Shown here: positions 49,059 through 59,195 of the stretch, one piece after another
Layout: every line of letters begins with the position of its first letter
Numbering within the stretch: the stretch's first letter is position 1
Assembly (NCBI GenBank): GCA_002452835.1
Contig: DKFO01000072.1
Location: forward strand, 9,902 to 73,901
Direction of reading: 5' to 3'
DNA length: 64,000 nucleotides
Source of the DNA: Candidatus Atribacteria bacterium UBA6794
Lineage (GTDB): Bacteria; Atribacterota; Phoenicimicrobiia; Phoenicimicrobiales; Stramentimicrobiaceae
The notes under the pieces: generated by a model
What the model saw: the letters and a program-made list of their open reading frames with translations, nothing else
Databases searched by the model: none
What the model was told of the DNA's origin: nothing
Made by a program: the position numbers and the translations under genes

Positions 49059-51407
49059 TTATCTAATAGGGCAAATACCACTCTCACAGGATTCATCCCC
49101 GGGATCAGTTGTGATATCATCTTTCTCATATTTGGAAATAAGGGAAGGGATAAAGTGAACCATGCTTTTAACTCGTCGCTCATATTCCTGCTTACTTATT
49201 TCTTCATAGGGCATCTGGGCATAGAAACTATCATCTAAAGAGACAAAGCTCACTGCTACCACATCATCCCAATTATTCCACAACCACTCTTCCACTTCTT
49301 CCCATTCCTCATTTCTGACATGGACGGTAATGGAGGTGTTATGGTCGGTATATTCTTTTTGAAAAGCACGATAGTTTTCCAGTTGTTGGATAGCAGAAAC
49401 CTCTTTTTTTGTTTTTCCTGCTGGGGCACTGCAGGGAAAGGAAATTACCTTGGTGCGGCAATTATCTTCCGTCTGTCCATTTTCCGGTTTTATATCATAA
49501 CCAAGCTCTTCACATACCTTAAGCAAGGGATCAGAGGCATTTATGCGCACTCTTCTGATAAAGTAGGGGGCATGGGAATAATGCACCCCACTGGATACCG
49601 TCGGTAACTGAGAAAGTGTTCCTTCAGGTTTGACTGTAGTAACCAAAAGAGGAGGATTAATGCCAAGTTTTCTAGCATAGGACTCTGCTTCTCGATGAGC
49701 AACTTCTCTTAATTTCTTGCGTAAACGTGATTCTTCTTCCGGGGACATATTGGTGGCATTCACCATATCCTGCCATCCGGTGAGACTACAACCAACCAAT
49801 CTATCCCTCTTCTGCTTGATGTCCCACTCATCTAATTCTAAATCTAAAAAAGTCATTCTAAAGGCAGCACGAACCGAAAGACGCTGGGCTTCCATTAGTT
49901 TTTTTTCCTCCAATTTTCCATCTTGCACAAAACCCAGCACATTTACTGTTGTTAAATTACACATCTGTTCCCGGTCTAACAATACCTCCATACAAGGATT
50001 AGCTCCCTCCAGATTCGGTCTTCTTTTAGCTGCTGCTTCAGCATTCATAAAACCAGGCTCACCGCTGTAGCGCATCTGTTGGATATGCCAGGAAAGTTTT
50101 TCCCGAGAAGGTTTGGTAGTATAAAAAATGCTATTGTTACTCATTTCTCGATAATCAATCTCTTCATTTTTTACCCATTTACCATCAATCAGTTCATAAA
50201 GATTGTTTTTGGCATTCAAGATATCCTGGTCATCAGGGTCAAATAATATTACTTCACTGGTTCTGCGCACTCCACCAACCACTACGTTCTGACCAATAAT
50301 ATTGGCAATATCCAGGCAATCCACCGGTTTTAATTTCTTCAGTTGTCCCAAACAGTTATTTTTTACAATTTTATCTATTCTGGAAAACATCCTTTCCAGA
50401 CTTTCATATCCGGAGGCAGTCCCCCCAAAAGTTTTTAATCTCTCCCCCTTAGGTCTGACCTGGTCATAATTAAAAATAATAGTATTAATCTGCCTATATT
50501 CCTTTCGGGACAGGATATTCAAAAATAAATCTAAAGCCTCTACCCAGCCTTCCTTACTATCTCCGATAATAATATGGGCTGTATCTTTCTGAAATATAAC
50601 ACTGGTGAGGTCCTCCCTTTGTTCTTTGGGAACCGGTGAATAGGCTTCATGAATTATTTTTATGTTGGTCCTGACCTTTGGTAATTTCTCTACATCTGAT
50701 TTGAGAACCCGAACTCCTACTCCAGCACCAATCATCAAGAGATAAAAAAGATCTTTAAAGGCACTGAATTTATCCAATACTGTAAAACTACAATTGAAAT
50801 TGGACATGGGATATTTTAAACTAACCTCAGTGCCTCCAGTCCAGAGGGTCCGACCTGCTAAAAATTGTCTTAAATGATAAATATTATCATAGAGGGCTTC
50901 TGCTTCCTGTTGACTGGTGCGAACCAGATTACAGTTAAATTCCACGGCTCTTCTTACTGTTTCCCACCAATATTCTCTTCTCTTTTCTAAAGGCAGCCAT
51001 CGGGAATAAGTACGATAAAAAACAAACTGTCCTAATATAGTGGGAAAAGGGTTAGGGAGATGCTTATATTTACTTATGAATTCATCAGTCAATAATTTGT
51101 GGTTTTCTTTGGCTAATTCTCTTAATTTATCACGTTGTTCCCGGTATAATATATAGGCTTTGGCTACCTCTTTTCTCTCACTATTCATCAATTCTGTTTC
51201 CACGCGCTCTTGAATATCAGCAACTGTCACCCTCTCTACAGACTCTTTCAAGTCCTGCTCAATCTTCTGGGCAATACGAGTGGCAAGCTCCTGGTCTACA
51301 CCCTTGATCGTTTCTCGCATAGCCTGCGTAATAGCATTGATAATTTTTTGCTGGTCAAAATATTGCACTGTATTATCACGCTTAATTACCTTTAACATGC
51401 TAATCAT
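49059..51407 (-). CDS. ribonucleoside-triphosphate reductase, class II (adenosylcobalamin-dependent, monomeric RTPR-like) with N-terminal ATP-cone
   Basis: ATP-cone VIKRDNTVQYFDQQKI. 782 aa. Extreme C-terminal CESGIC (Cys-x4-Cys) tail as in the L. leichmannii-type RTPR re-reduction pair. No glycyl-radical RVCGY motif (not class III). Confidence 0.6.
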   Translation of the reverse strand: MISMLKVIKRDNTVQYFDQQKIINAITQAMRETIKGVDQELATRIAQKIEQDLKESVERVTVADIQERVETELMNSERKEVAKAYILYREQRDKLRELAKENHKLLTDEFISKYKHLPNPFPTILGQFVFYRTYSRWLPLEKRREYWWETVRRAVEFNCNLVRTSQQEAEALYDNIYHLRQFLAGRTLWTGGTEVSLKYPMSNFNCSFTVLDKFSAFKDLFYLLMIGAGVGVRVLKSDVEKLPKVRTNIKIIHEAYSPVPKEQREDLTSVIFQKDTAHIIIGDSKEGWVEALDLFLNILSRKEYRQINTIIFNYDQVRPKGERLKTFGGTASGYESLERMFSRIDKIVKNNCLGQLKKLKPVDCLDIANIIGQNVVVGGVRRTSEVILFDPDDQDILNAKNNLYELIDGKWVKNEEIDYREMSNNSIFYTTKPSREKLSWHIQQMRYSGEPGFMNAEAAAKRRPNLEGANPCMEVLLDREQMCNLTTVNVLGFVQDGKLEEKKLMEAQRLSVRAAFRMTFLDLELDEWDIKQKRDRLVGCSLTGWQDMVNATNMSPEEESRLRKKLREVAHREAESYARKLGINPPLLVTTVKPEGTLSQLPTVSSGVHYSHAPYFIRRVRINASDPLLKVCEELGYDIKPENGQTEDNCRTKVISFPCSAPAGKTKKEVSAIQQLENYRAFQKEYTDHNTSITVHVRNEEWEEVEEWLWNNWDDVVAVSFVSLDDSFYAQMPYEEISKQEYERRVKSMVHFIPSLISKYEKDDITTDPGDESCESGICPIR

Positions 51408-51581
51408 CTCTCTTTTTAATTTTCTATCCTCTAATAGCTTCCCATTCTTATGGTAGCAACTTTCATAAAAATTTTACTATAAATTTCTCAGAAGATAAAG
51501 GATAATAAACAGAAATTAGAAAATAAAATTCAGGGGTAAAAAATTTAAATCTAAAATAGATTCAGTTCTTTAGCTTTATTT

Positions 51582-52268
51582 TTAACTCTTTCGAAACATC
51601 AGGAAGAGTAATAATACAAAAAGGAAGGTCCCAATTCTTTGAGTTGCTTCCACAAAATAAGTTAAAGCAGCATATCTTAATACTATGGCTACCATTTTAA
51701 TCTCTTGTTGGTCTGCCAGACCTATCTCCTGCAGTGTTTTTAAGGCTCTATTACTGGCATTTAACTCCACTGGTAAGGATACTAGAGCAAAGACGACCAT
51801 ACCGAATAAGAGAATTATCCCTAAATAAACTAAAAATATGTTTCTAAAAAATATTCCCCAAATAAAGATTAAAGGGCTTAATTGACCCATTATGGCCAAT
51901 GATTTAGCCAGTTTATTCCTTAAATTCATAAAACGAAATCCTTGCTTATCCTGCATGGCATGTTCTACCTCATGAGCAACAATCCCCAGGGAAGTAATAG
52001 AAGCAAGTTCTATAATATTAGTGCAAAAATTTAAAGTCTTATTCTGGGGATGATAATAATTTACCATCTGCCTTTTAGTTTGCAAAACTGGTAGGTCAAG
52101 GTTATAAGAAGAAAGCAAAACTTTAGCAACCTCTCCCCCCCTTATTCCTTTTTTATTTGGTACTTTCAAATAACGATAGTAAATCTGTCGAAGTCGCCAT
52201 TGGGCAAACCATCCCAGAAAGGCTGGAACAATAAGAAGTAAATAGAGCGGTTGAAAGGTAAATATCAA
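51582..52268 (-). CDS. membrane-anchored zinc metallopeptidase (putative neutral zinc metallopeptidase family)
   Basis: HEVEHA (HExxH) motif. N-terminal and C-terminal TM segments. 228 aa. Confidence 0.65.
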   Translation of the reverse strand: MIFTFQPLYLLLIVPAFLGWFAQWRLRQIYYRYLKVPNKKGIRGGEVAKVLLSSYNLDLPVLQTKRQMVNYYHPQNKTLNFCTNIIELASITSLGIVAHEVEHAMQDKQGFRFMNLRNKLAKSLAIMGQLSPLIFIWGIFFRNIFLVYLGIILLFGMVVFALVSLPVELNASNRALKTLQEIGLADQQEIKMVAIVLRYAALTYFVEATQRIGTFLFVLLLFLMFRKS

Positions 52269-53561
52269 CTAAACTATCCTCCTTGCCGCACTTTCTCCAG
52301 CCAGATAGCCAGTACTCCAGCATTCTTGCAGATTATATCCCCCGGAAGGACCATCCAGATCCAGAATCTCTCCGGCAAAATAAAGATTATTAACCTTCCT
52401 GGAGGCCATAGTAGCAGGATCAACCTCTTTTAAGGCAATTCCTCCACTGGTGATCATAGACCAGGGAAATCCCAATAATTGAGTAGGAGTCAATTCAAGT
52501 TCTTTCAGCAAATGTATCAATCTTCTTCTCTCTTCTTTAGAAATATAATCTACTCTTTTTTCGCCTTCTATCTTAGATAAGAAAATTATCACTTCTATTA
52601 AAGAAGCAGGAAGTAACCTTTTTAATGAATTTTTTAACATCCTACCCTTAAACTCCTGAAAATCTCTCTGAATTCTTTCCTCTAATTTTTTAAAATCCAG
52701 AGCAGGCTTTAAATCTAATAGTAGTTTAACTTTTCCTTTCCTTAAATATTGGTCAATACTTTTACTCATATCCATTACAATTGGTCCACTAATACCAAAA
52801 TGAGTAAAGAGCATCTCTCCAAAACGTTCCTCTTTTTTTCTTCCCTCCTGATATAACTTAAGAGAAACATTTTTTAGAGTTACTCCTGGTATCTCTTTTA
52901 CCCATCTTTCGGAGATTTCCACTGGATTTAAAGCTGGCGAAGGTCTAATAATAGTGTGTCCCAACTTTTTTGCCCAGTAATAGCCATCACCGGTTGAGCC
53001 GGTTTGGGGATAAGACTTCCCCCCAGTAGAAAGGATTAGTTTATCAGATAATATTTCCCCTCCGGAATAAATTATTCTAAATTTTTCGGTATCATCTTTG
53101 ACTAGCTCAATATCACTAACTCTACTATTACAGTATATTTTTACTTTTCCTTCCCTTAAATATTCCACCAATACCTGTAATACCTCTCGGGCGTCTCCTT
53201 GTTTTGGGAAAACTCGGTTACCACGTTCCACTTGCCAGCTTAATCCCCGAGATTGAAAAAAATCCAGGACTTCTTTAACACCAAACTTCTCCAGTGCTCC
53301 ATACAAAAAACGACCATTTTTACCAAATTTCTCAGCTATCTGTATTTTATCAAATTCATAATGAGTAAAATTGCAACGGCCTTTACCAGTAAGCAACAAT
53401 TTTTTACCCAGCTGGTCATTTCTTTCCAGCAGGCATACCCGTGCTCCCAGCTGGGCTGCTCGACCCGATGCCATCATGCCAGCTGGACCGCCTCCGATAA
53501 CCGCCACCTCAAATTCATTATCTTTTTCATTAAAACTTATATTTTTCTCAGATAAATTCAT
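52269..53561 (-). CDS. HI0933-like FAD-dependent flavoprotein (BaiN/YhiN family)
   Basis: VAVIGGGPAGMMA dinucleotide motif. TGKGRCNFT block characteristic of the HI0933 family. Confidence 0.8.
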   Translation of the reverse strand: MNLSEKNISFNEKDNEFEVAVIGGGPAGMMASGRAAQLGARVCLLERNDQLGKKLLLTGKGRCNFTHYEFDKIQIAEKFGKNGRFLYGALEKFGVKEVLDFFQSRGLSWQVERGNRVFPKQGDAREVLQVLVEYLREGKVKIYCNSRVSDIELVKDDTEKFRIIYSGGEILSDKLILSTGGKSYPQTGSTGDGYYWAKKLGHTIIRPSPALNPVEISERWVKEIPGVTLKNVSLKLYQEGRKKEERFGEMLFTHFGISGPIVMDMSKSIDQYLRKGKVKLLLDLKPALDFKKLEERIQRDFQEFKGRMLKNSLKRLLPASLIEVIIFLSKIEGEKRVDYISKEERRRLIHLLKELELTPTQLLGFPWSMITSGGIALKEVDPATMASRKVNNLYFAGEILDLDGPSGGYNLQECWSTGYLAGESAARRIV

Positions 53562-53688
53562 ATATAAGTACTAACTCAATTCTTCTCCCTTTAGGGAATC
53601 CTTCCCCTGGACAAGCCCTGAAAGAACTTCCAACTAGCAACTGTATTTATCGGAATTTCAAAAAATTCGATACTACCAATAAATCCTT

Positions 53689-54891
53689 TTAAGCTCTAAA
53701 GAGAACATTTTCTTTATTAAATAAATGGGTTGCTGCTAAGAGAGCAAGTAAGGCAATAACGATATTACTTATCAGAGTGAATAAAATATGTGTCCCATCA
53801 ACAGTCCCCATTAATAATTCCTTAAAGGTAAAACTATTATTCAAAATAGGGATAAAGAAAAGGGGGTCTGCTAATTCTAGGCCTTGACTTAAGGAAATCA
53901 TACCCAAAAAAATAGCCACCATATAAATGGGAGTAATATAGCTAGAAGCTTCTCTGCTGTTACGGGCAAAAATACCTATTAAGATAAGTAGAGCACTGGC
54001 TAATCCTACCAGTGGGGCCAAAACCAGGAAAAACAAAAAAAATAAGGTCAAAGAAAAAGGTGCTTTTATCAATGATAACTCTCCCAGAGTATAAGCTGGA
54101 GTAAGAAAAGCAATACTCAGCCCAATCAAACCAAGAATCATACTGGTGGCGGAAATGGTCATCACGGTAAAATATTTCCCCATTACAATCTCCAGACGGC
54201 TGAGCTGGCTGACCAATAAGGTGGCCAGAGTCCCCCTTTCTTTTTCCCCAGCAGTAATATCTATAGCAGAATGCATGGCACCAATAAAAATAAGAATAAT
54301 TAAAATATAAGGCAAAATCATACCCAGCAGGGAGCCTACTTTTTTCTCTTCTGCTGCCAGGTCTATCCACTGCTCCGGAAGAGGTTGTATAAAATCGAGA
54401 TCCAGACCTAACTGATTTAATCTACCCCGAATAATTTCCTGCCGATAAGAATCAAGCAAGGCAGTAACTCTCTTTTTGGCTAACTGGGAACGGGGTGCGG
54501 TCGAATCATATTGCACAATAATCTCTGGATTTATTCTGTTATCACTATAATAATCTGGGTTGAAATCTTCAGGAATACTAATCAATAAATGGATTACCCC
54601 CTTGATTAAGGCCTCCTCTGGATTTTCCGGGGGTAACACTAATTCAATCTTTTCCTCTTTTCTCAAAATCTCAGCCAGCTGTGGTACTTTCTCTGCTCCT
54701 GTTATAGTAACCAGGGAAGGTAAAGCTTCAGATTTATCCTGCCCCAGCATGGTAAAATAGCCAATTCCCAAAAAAAGAAGAGGATAAAACACCAGGGGTA
54801 TTACTATCATGCTGATTAGTGCTCTACGGTCCCGAAAGGCACCCTGTATTTCTTTCCCATATAGTAAGCGAATATTCTTCCAGTTCATCAT
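53689..54891 (-). CDS. ABC-2 family transporter permease
   Basis: 400 aa. N-terminal TM, large extracytoplasmic loop, five C-terminal TMs. Translationally coupled to the ATPase. Confidence 0.75.
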   Translation of the reverse strand: MMNWKNIRLLYGKEIQGAFRDRRALISMIVIPLVFYPLLFLGIGYFTMLGQDKSEALPSLVTITGAEKVPQLAEILRKEEKIELVLPPENPEEALIKGVIHLLISIPEDFNPDYYSDNRINPEIIVQYDSTAPRSQLAKKRVTALLDSYRQEIIRGRLNQLGLDLDFIQPLPEQWIDLAAEEKKVGSLLGMILPYILIILIFIGAMHSAIDITAGEKERGTLATLLVSQLSRLEIVMGKYFTVMTISATSMILGLIGLSIAFLTPAYTLGELSLIKAPFSLTLFFLFFLVLAPLVGLASALLILIGIFARNSREASSYITPIYMVAIFLGMISLSQGLELADPLFFIPILNNSFTFKELLMGTVDGTHILFTLISNIVIALLALLAATHLFNKENVLFRA

Positions 54892-55637
54892 ATACTATCC
54901 TCTACTTTAGTGCTAACCAGTTTAAAGAATATCTCCTCCAGATTCTCTCCCTGAAAATTTCTTTTTAAATCGGGTAATGTTCCGGAGGCCAAAAACTCAC
55001 CATGATGAATAATAGCAATCTCATCACACAACTTCTCTGCCTCATGCATTTGATGGGTTGAGAAAATGATACATTTACCATTATTTCTGAACTCCTTTAT
55101 ATAGTCAATCACCACCTTAGCTGTTATAACATCCAATCCTACCGTAGGTTCATCAAAAATCAGGACCGGTGGGTTATGAATAATTGCCCGGGCAATAGAT
55201 AACTTTTGCTTCATGCCAGTAGAAAGTTTATCAACTCTTACCTCCTGAAAACTATTCATATCCAGAGTTTGAAATATCTGGCTCATTCTTTTTTGAATTT
55301 CCTGCTCAGCTAAACCATTAATTCTGCCAAAAAACATGATAGTCTCTCGAGGAGTAAAACGATCATATAAGCCAGTCTCTCCAGAAAGAAAGCCAATACT
55401 TTGCCTTACTTTATGAGCTTCTTTTACCACCTGATATCCATTGACCAGAACTTCACCACTGGTTGGCTTCAGTATAGTTGCCAGTATACGCAAGGTGGTA
55501 GTCTTACCAGCTCCATTAAGGCCTAAAAATCCAAATATCTGACCTTTTTTACAATGAAAGCTAATATCATGGACTGCTTTAATTTTACCCCTTTTTTTAT
55601 CATAAAAAATTTTGGTTAAATTATTGACCCTAATCAC
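54888..55637 (-). CDS. ABC transporter ATP-binding protein
   Basis: Walker A GLNGAGKTT. Signature LSTGMKQKLSIARA. Walker B LIFDEPTVGLD. Confidence 0.9.
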   Translation of the reverse strand: MIRVNNLTKIFYDKKRGKIKAVHDISFHCKKGQIFGFLGLNGAGKTTTLRILATILKPTSGEVLVNGYQVVKEAHKVRQSIGFLSGETGLYDRFTPRETIMFFGRINGLAEQEIQKRMSQIFQTLDMNSFQEVRVDKLSTGMKQKLSIARAIIHNPPVLIFDEPTVGLDVITAKVVIDYIKEFRNNGKCIIFSTHQMHEAEKLCDEIAIIHHGEFLASGTLPDLKRNFQGENLEEIFFKLVSTKVEDSI

Positions 55638-55687
55638 AGATGAATGACCTTTAACTTTCTTATAGTATATTTATATTTTTTCTAATT

Positions 55688-56191
55688 TTAGAGTTTATAA
55701 TTGATAGTTCTTAAAAATTTTCTTCTTTTTTCTATATCTTCCTCTTTTTCAACGCCCTTAGGGAGAAAACCATCAATTACTCCCAATATCCCACGTCCCT
55801 GTTCTGTTTCAGCCACCACCACCTCTATCGGGTTAGCAGTGGCACAGAATATATGACAGACTTCGGGACATTGCTTAATGGCATTCAAAACATTAATAGG
55901 GAAGGCGTTTTCTATAAGAATAATAAAAGCATGACCAGCCCCAATTTCTTTGATATTAGAAATTGCCAATGATTTTAACTTATCATCATTTCCCTCAGCC
56001 CTAACAAGACAGGGTCCTGATGCCTCATTAAAGGCTAAACCAAATTTGATGCCCGGTACCGAGGTAACCAGAATTTCATAAAGATCTTCTGCAGTCTTAA
56101 TAAAATGAGTCTGCCCCAGAATGATATTTACTTCTTCCGGGTAATTTAACTGGACTGTTTTAAGCTCCATTTTTGTTCTCCTTTTTACCAT
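55688..56191 (-). CDS. PF04008 ('adenosine-specific kinase') family protein, function uncertain
   Basis: Conserved blocks GQTHFIKTAEDLYE, FGLAFNEASGPCLVR, GAGHAFIILIENAFPINVLNAIK, CATANPIEVVVAET, as I recall them for this mostly archaeal family. The likely true start is the internal Met (MELKTV). Confidence 0.5.
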   Translation of the reverse strand: MVKRRTKMELKTVQLNYPEEVNIILGQTHFIKTAEDLYEILVTSVPGIKFGLAFNEASGPCLVRAEGNDDKLKSLAISNIKEIGAGHAFIILIENAFPINVLNAIKQCPEVCHIFCATANPIEVVVAETEQGRGILGVIDGFLPKGVEKEEDIEKRRKFLRTINYKL

Positions 56192-56516
56192 TTTATTATT
56201 TTTCGTTCTTCCTTATATTCTACACATAAGTAAAACCAAGTTCTACCCTAATTTTCAAATCTTACCTTAAATTTTACCTTACTATTCCCATTTTTCCATT
56301 ATAATATTTTGCCAAAATTCTAGCCTAACCTCCTTCCTTCCTCTCAAAGAGGGGCTTTCATCCTCACCCTAATCCTCACACTAAATTATAATTCCCTTAA
56401 CCTTGGCCGAAATGATAAGATATTTAATCAGGCTCGAGGGTTATAAATTTGCTCCATATCTGTTATAATTTTTATGATAATATAATTTAATTTAGATAGA
56501 TTAAGTAAGGAAGGAT

Positions 56517-57314
56517 TTGATATTTAAGATGAATAATAGCCTTAGCCATAAAGATAGTAACTTTAAAGCAGTATTTTTTGATTTTGGTGGTACCCTTATG
56601 GATGCCGAAAGTGATAAAATTGCCCATTATTACATGATGAAAGACCTAAAAAATATTTACCAGCTTCCTGCAACAGAAGAAGATTTGGTTAATCTCTATC
56701 ATGAACAACTCTTCAATCTGGATATGACCTTAAAGGATACCTCGCACAATAGTAATTTTGATAACAATCAATTTAGAAAATTATATTTTTATTCTAAATC
56801 TGCCTTTCAATTACTTTTAAAAGAATACAATGTAAAGACTTCACCTTCCGATTTTCGTCTATTTCACAAAATTTATTACCAGAATCACTTAAAATATATT
56901 CGTTTAGTAGAGGGAGTCTGGGATGCTATTAGCCTGGTTAAGAACAGTGGTTGTCACTGTGGAATTATCAGCGATATAGACCTGGATTATCAACAGAAAC
57001 AATTTCAAGCCTTAGGAATTAACGATGCTTTTCATTCTATCACCACCTCTGAGGAGGTGAAACATTATAAACCAAGCCCAGCAATTTTCAATGTTGCTTT
57101 ACAGAAAGCCCACTGCCAGGGTAAGGAAGCCATAATGATCGGCGATTCCTATACTAAAGATATTATCGGTGGCAAGAATATGGGAATGACCACCATCTGG
57201 ATTAACAATTATCAAAACCATCTGGATAAAAACATAGCTATGGCTGACAATAAGGCTGATTACAGGGTTAGCCAGTTTAAAGAGGTTATTCCTATATTAA
57301 ATAAGCTTCTGTAA
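56517..57314 (+). CDS. HAD-superfamily hydrolase
   Basis: Motif I VFFDFGGTLMD. Motif IV-like GDSYTKDIIGGKNMGM. Confidence 0.75.
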   Translation: MIFKMNNSLSHKDSNFKAVFFDFGGTLMDAESDKIAHYYMMKDLKNIYQLPATEEDLVNLYHEQLFNLDMTLKDTSHNSNFDNNQFRKLYFYSKSAFQLLLKEYNVKTSPSDFRLFHKIYYQNHLKYIRLVEGVWDAISLVKNSGCHCGIISDIDLDYQQKQFQALGINDAFHSITTSEEVKHYKPSPAIFNVALQKAHCQGKEAIMIGDSYTKDIIGGKNMGMTTIWINNYQNHLDKNIAMADNKADYRVSQFKEVIPILNKLL

Positions 57315-57352
57315 AACTTTTCTATTTTTTATTTTTAAAAGAGAACTGAGAA

Positions 57353-58474
57353 ATGATGAAAATTGAAAATAAAAAATTTAATAGAAATAATCAATTTGCT
57401 TTGCCTTTCTGGATTATCACGGGGTTATTTTTACTTATTTTTCTGTTTCTGATAAACTACCAGCAAAGCAAGGCTTATGAATACGAATATACCTGCGAAG
57501 AACTCACTATTCCTATTCTGACTTATCATAAATTCTGTAGCGGAGAAAGTCCGGATGCCTATACCATTAACATTGATCTTTTTAGACAGCAAATGGATTA
57601 TCTTAAGGATAATGATTATCGGGTAATTTCTATCTCTCAGCTTCTGGAAGGTATGGAAAACAACTTTTTTCCCGAAAAACCAGTGCTAATTACTATTGAT
57701 GACGGATTTAAATCTGTTTATACTTTAGCCTTCCCGATATTAAAAGAATATGGCTTTCCCGCCACTCTTTTTTTATATACTGATTATATTGCTAATGGGG
57801 CTAATCAGTTATCCTGGCAGGAAATTAAGGAGATGATAGATATGGGAATGGAAATCGGCTCCCATAGTCTCAGCCATAGTAATTTGCTTAATACGAAACA
57901 GAATGAATCTTATCTGGATTACGTAACCAGAATAAAAAAAGAAATCTTCCTTTCTAAGACAATTTTAGAAAGGAATACCGGGAGTACTGTTAATTCCTTC
58001 GCTTATCCTTATGGTGTTTACAGTCAAGAGATTATCATGCTGGCAAAACAGGCTGGATATAAAGCCTTACTTAATGTAAATAATATGAATAACTCTATGC
58101 CCATTGATGCTTACTCTCTCAATCGTCAAATTATATCGTCGACCTGTTCACTTAAACAATTTCAGGCTATTCTTCAAGAAAAAACATTACCAGTTAATAA
58201 TATTTTCCCTCCCGATGGTACCATTACTGATAATCAAGGAATTACCATAGGAGCAATACTAAATAGTCAGAATATAGAACCAGGTTCCTTATATTTTAGG
58301 CTAAGCGGTTCTGGGTTTCTGAACTACTCCTACTATCCAGAACAGCAAAAAATATCTTTTACTCCACTGGCTCCCAACTTACTCCAGAAGCGTACCTGGA
58401 TTGCCCAGATTACTGCTCGAGATGTGGAAACTGGGCTCCAACGAAAGGTGTCCTGGCTTTTTACCATTAGATAA
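57353..58474 (+). CDS. polysaccharide deacetylase (NodB-homology) family protein with N-terminal TM anchor
   Basis: NodB motifs VLITIDDGFKSVY and EIGSHSLSHSNL. Confidence 0.75.
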   Translation: MMKIENKKFNRNNQFALPFWIITGLFLLIFLFLINYQQSKAYEYEYTCEELTIPILTYHKFCSGESPDAYTINIDLFRQQMDYLKDNDYRVISISQLLEGMENNFFPEKPVLITIDDGFKSVYTLAFPILKEYGFPATLFLYTDYIANGANQLSWQEIKEMIDMGMEIGSHSLSHSNLLNTKQNESYLDYVTRIKKEIFLSKTILERNTGSTVNSFAYPYGVYSQEIIMLAKQAGYKALLNVNNMNNSMPIDAYSLNRQIISSTCSLKQFQAILQEKTLPVNNIFPPDGTITDNQGITIGAILNSQNIEPGSLYFRLSGSGFLNYSYYPEQQKISFTPLAPNLLQKRTWIAQITARDVETGLQRKVSWLFTIR

Positions 58475-58550
58475 GATAGAAGATAGCTTAGAGCCTATCT
58501 TACTAATACCTTCTAACTTTAATTATTCCCTCCCTTTCCTATTATTAAAA

Positions 58551-58769
58551 TTATTCCAATTTAGCATCCTTTAATTTTTCTACCATCTTGATAAAATCAT
58601 CTATCCACTCAGCATCAAAGTTAATCCCTTTTTTGGTATGAATATATTCATCTTTATCTTTCAACTTGACATAGGTTCTCAAATCAACCCTATAAGAACC
58701 TTTATACTCTCCCACCGATAACACAAGACGCTTATTATCAGTAATATCCAGTTTACCAATTTGCTTCAT
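58551..58769 (-). CDS. PC4/YdbC-like small nucleic-acid-binding protein
   Basis: 72 aa. The pattern (LSVGEYKGSYRVDLRTY ... GINF) resembles the PC4/YdbC fold family. Confidence 0.5.
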   Translation of the reverse strand: MKQIGKLDITDNKRLVLSVGEYKGSYRVDLRTYVKLKDKDEYIHTKKGINFDAEWIDDFIKMVEKLKDAKLE

Positions 58770-58816
58770 ACACTATTTCCTTTCCTCATTTCTTTCTTTA
58801 TTGTTCTACTAATTTG

Positions 58817-59170
58817 TTAAGCATCAAGCATCCCTTCTCCACCAGCAAGATGATAGGGATCAACTGTGACTATCTTAACCGCAGGGAATTTTTCTTCAAT
58901 TTTTTTCTTCTCTTTTTTAAAATTTGGTGAAATAATAATTTCCAAATGCTTAATTTGCTCTGCATAGTTAATAACATTCTCATGTGGTTTAACAGGGGTA
59001 ATGAGAAAACATCTTTGGAAATTATATCTCGCTAAATATTTTTCTATACCCTGTAGGTGTAAAATTCCAATTTTTTTGATATGAGAAACAAGAACTAACT
59101 CACCTGATTTTGGGGTATCAAACATGGAAAAAATTCCTCTCTTTCCTTCTACATAAATATCTTTAAACAT
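58817..59170 (-). CDS. hypothetical protein
   Basis: 117 aa ORF, co-oriented and 26 bp from the upstream gene. No recognisable motif. Confidence 0.4.
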   Translation of the reverse strand: MFKDIYVEGKRGIFSMFDTPKSGELVLVSHIKKIGILHLQGIEKYLARYNFQRCFLITPVKPHENVINYAEQIKHLEIIISPNFKKEKKKIEEKFPAVKIVTVDPYHLAGGEGMLDA

Positions 59171-59195
59171 ATCTATATAATATAATCTCTAATAA

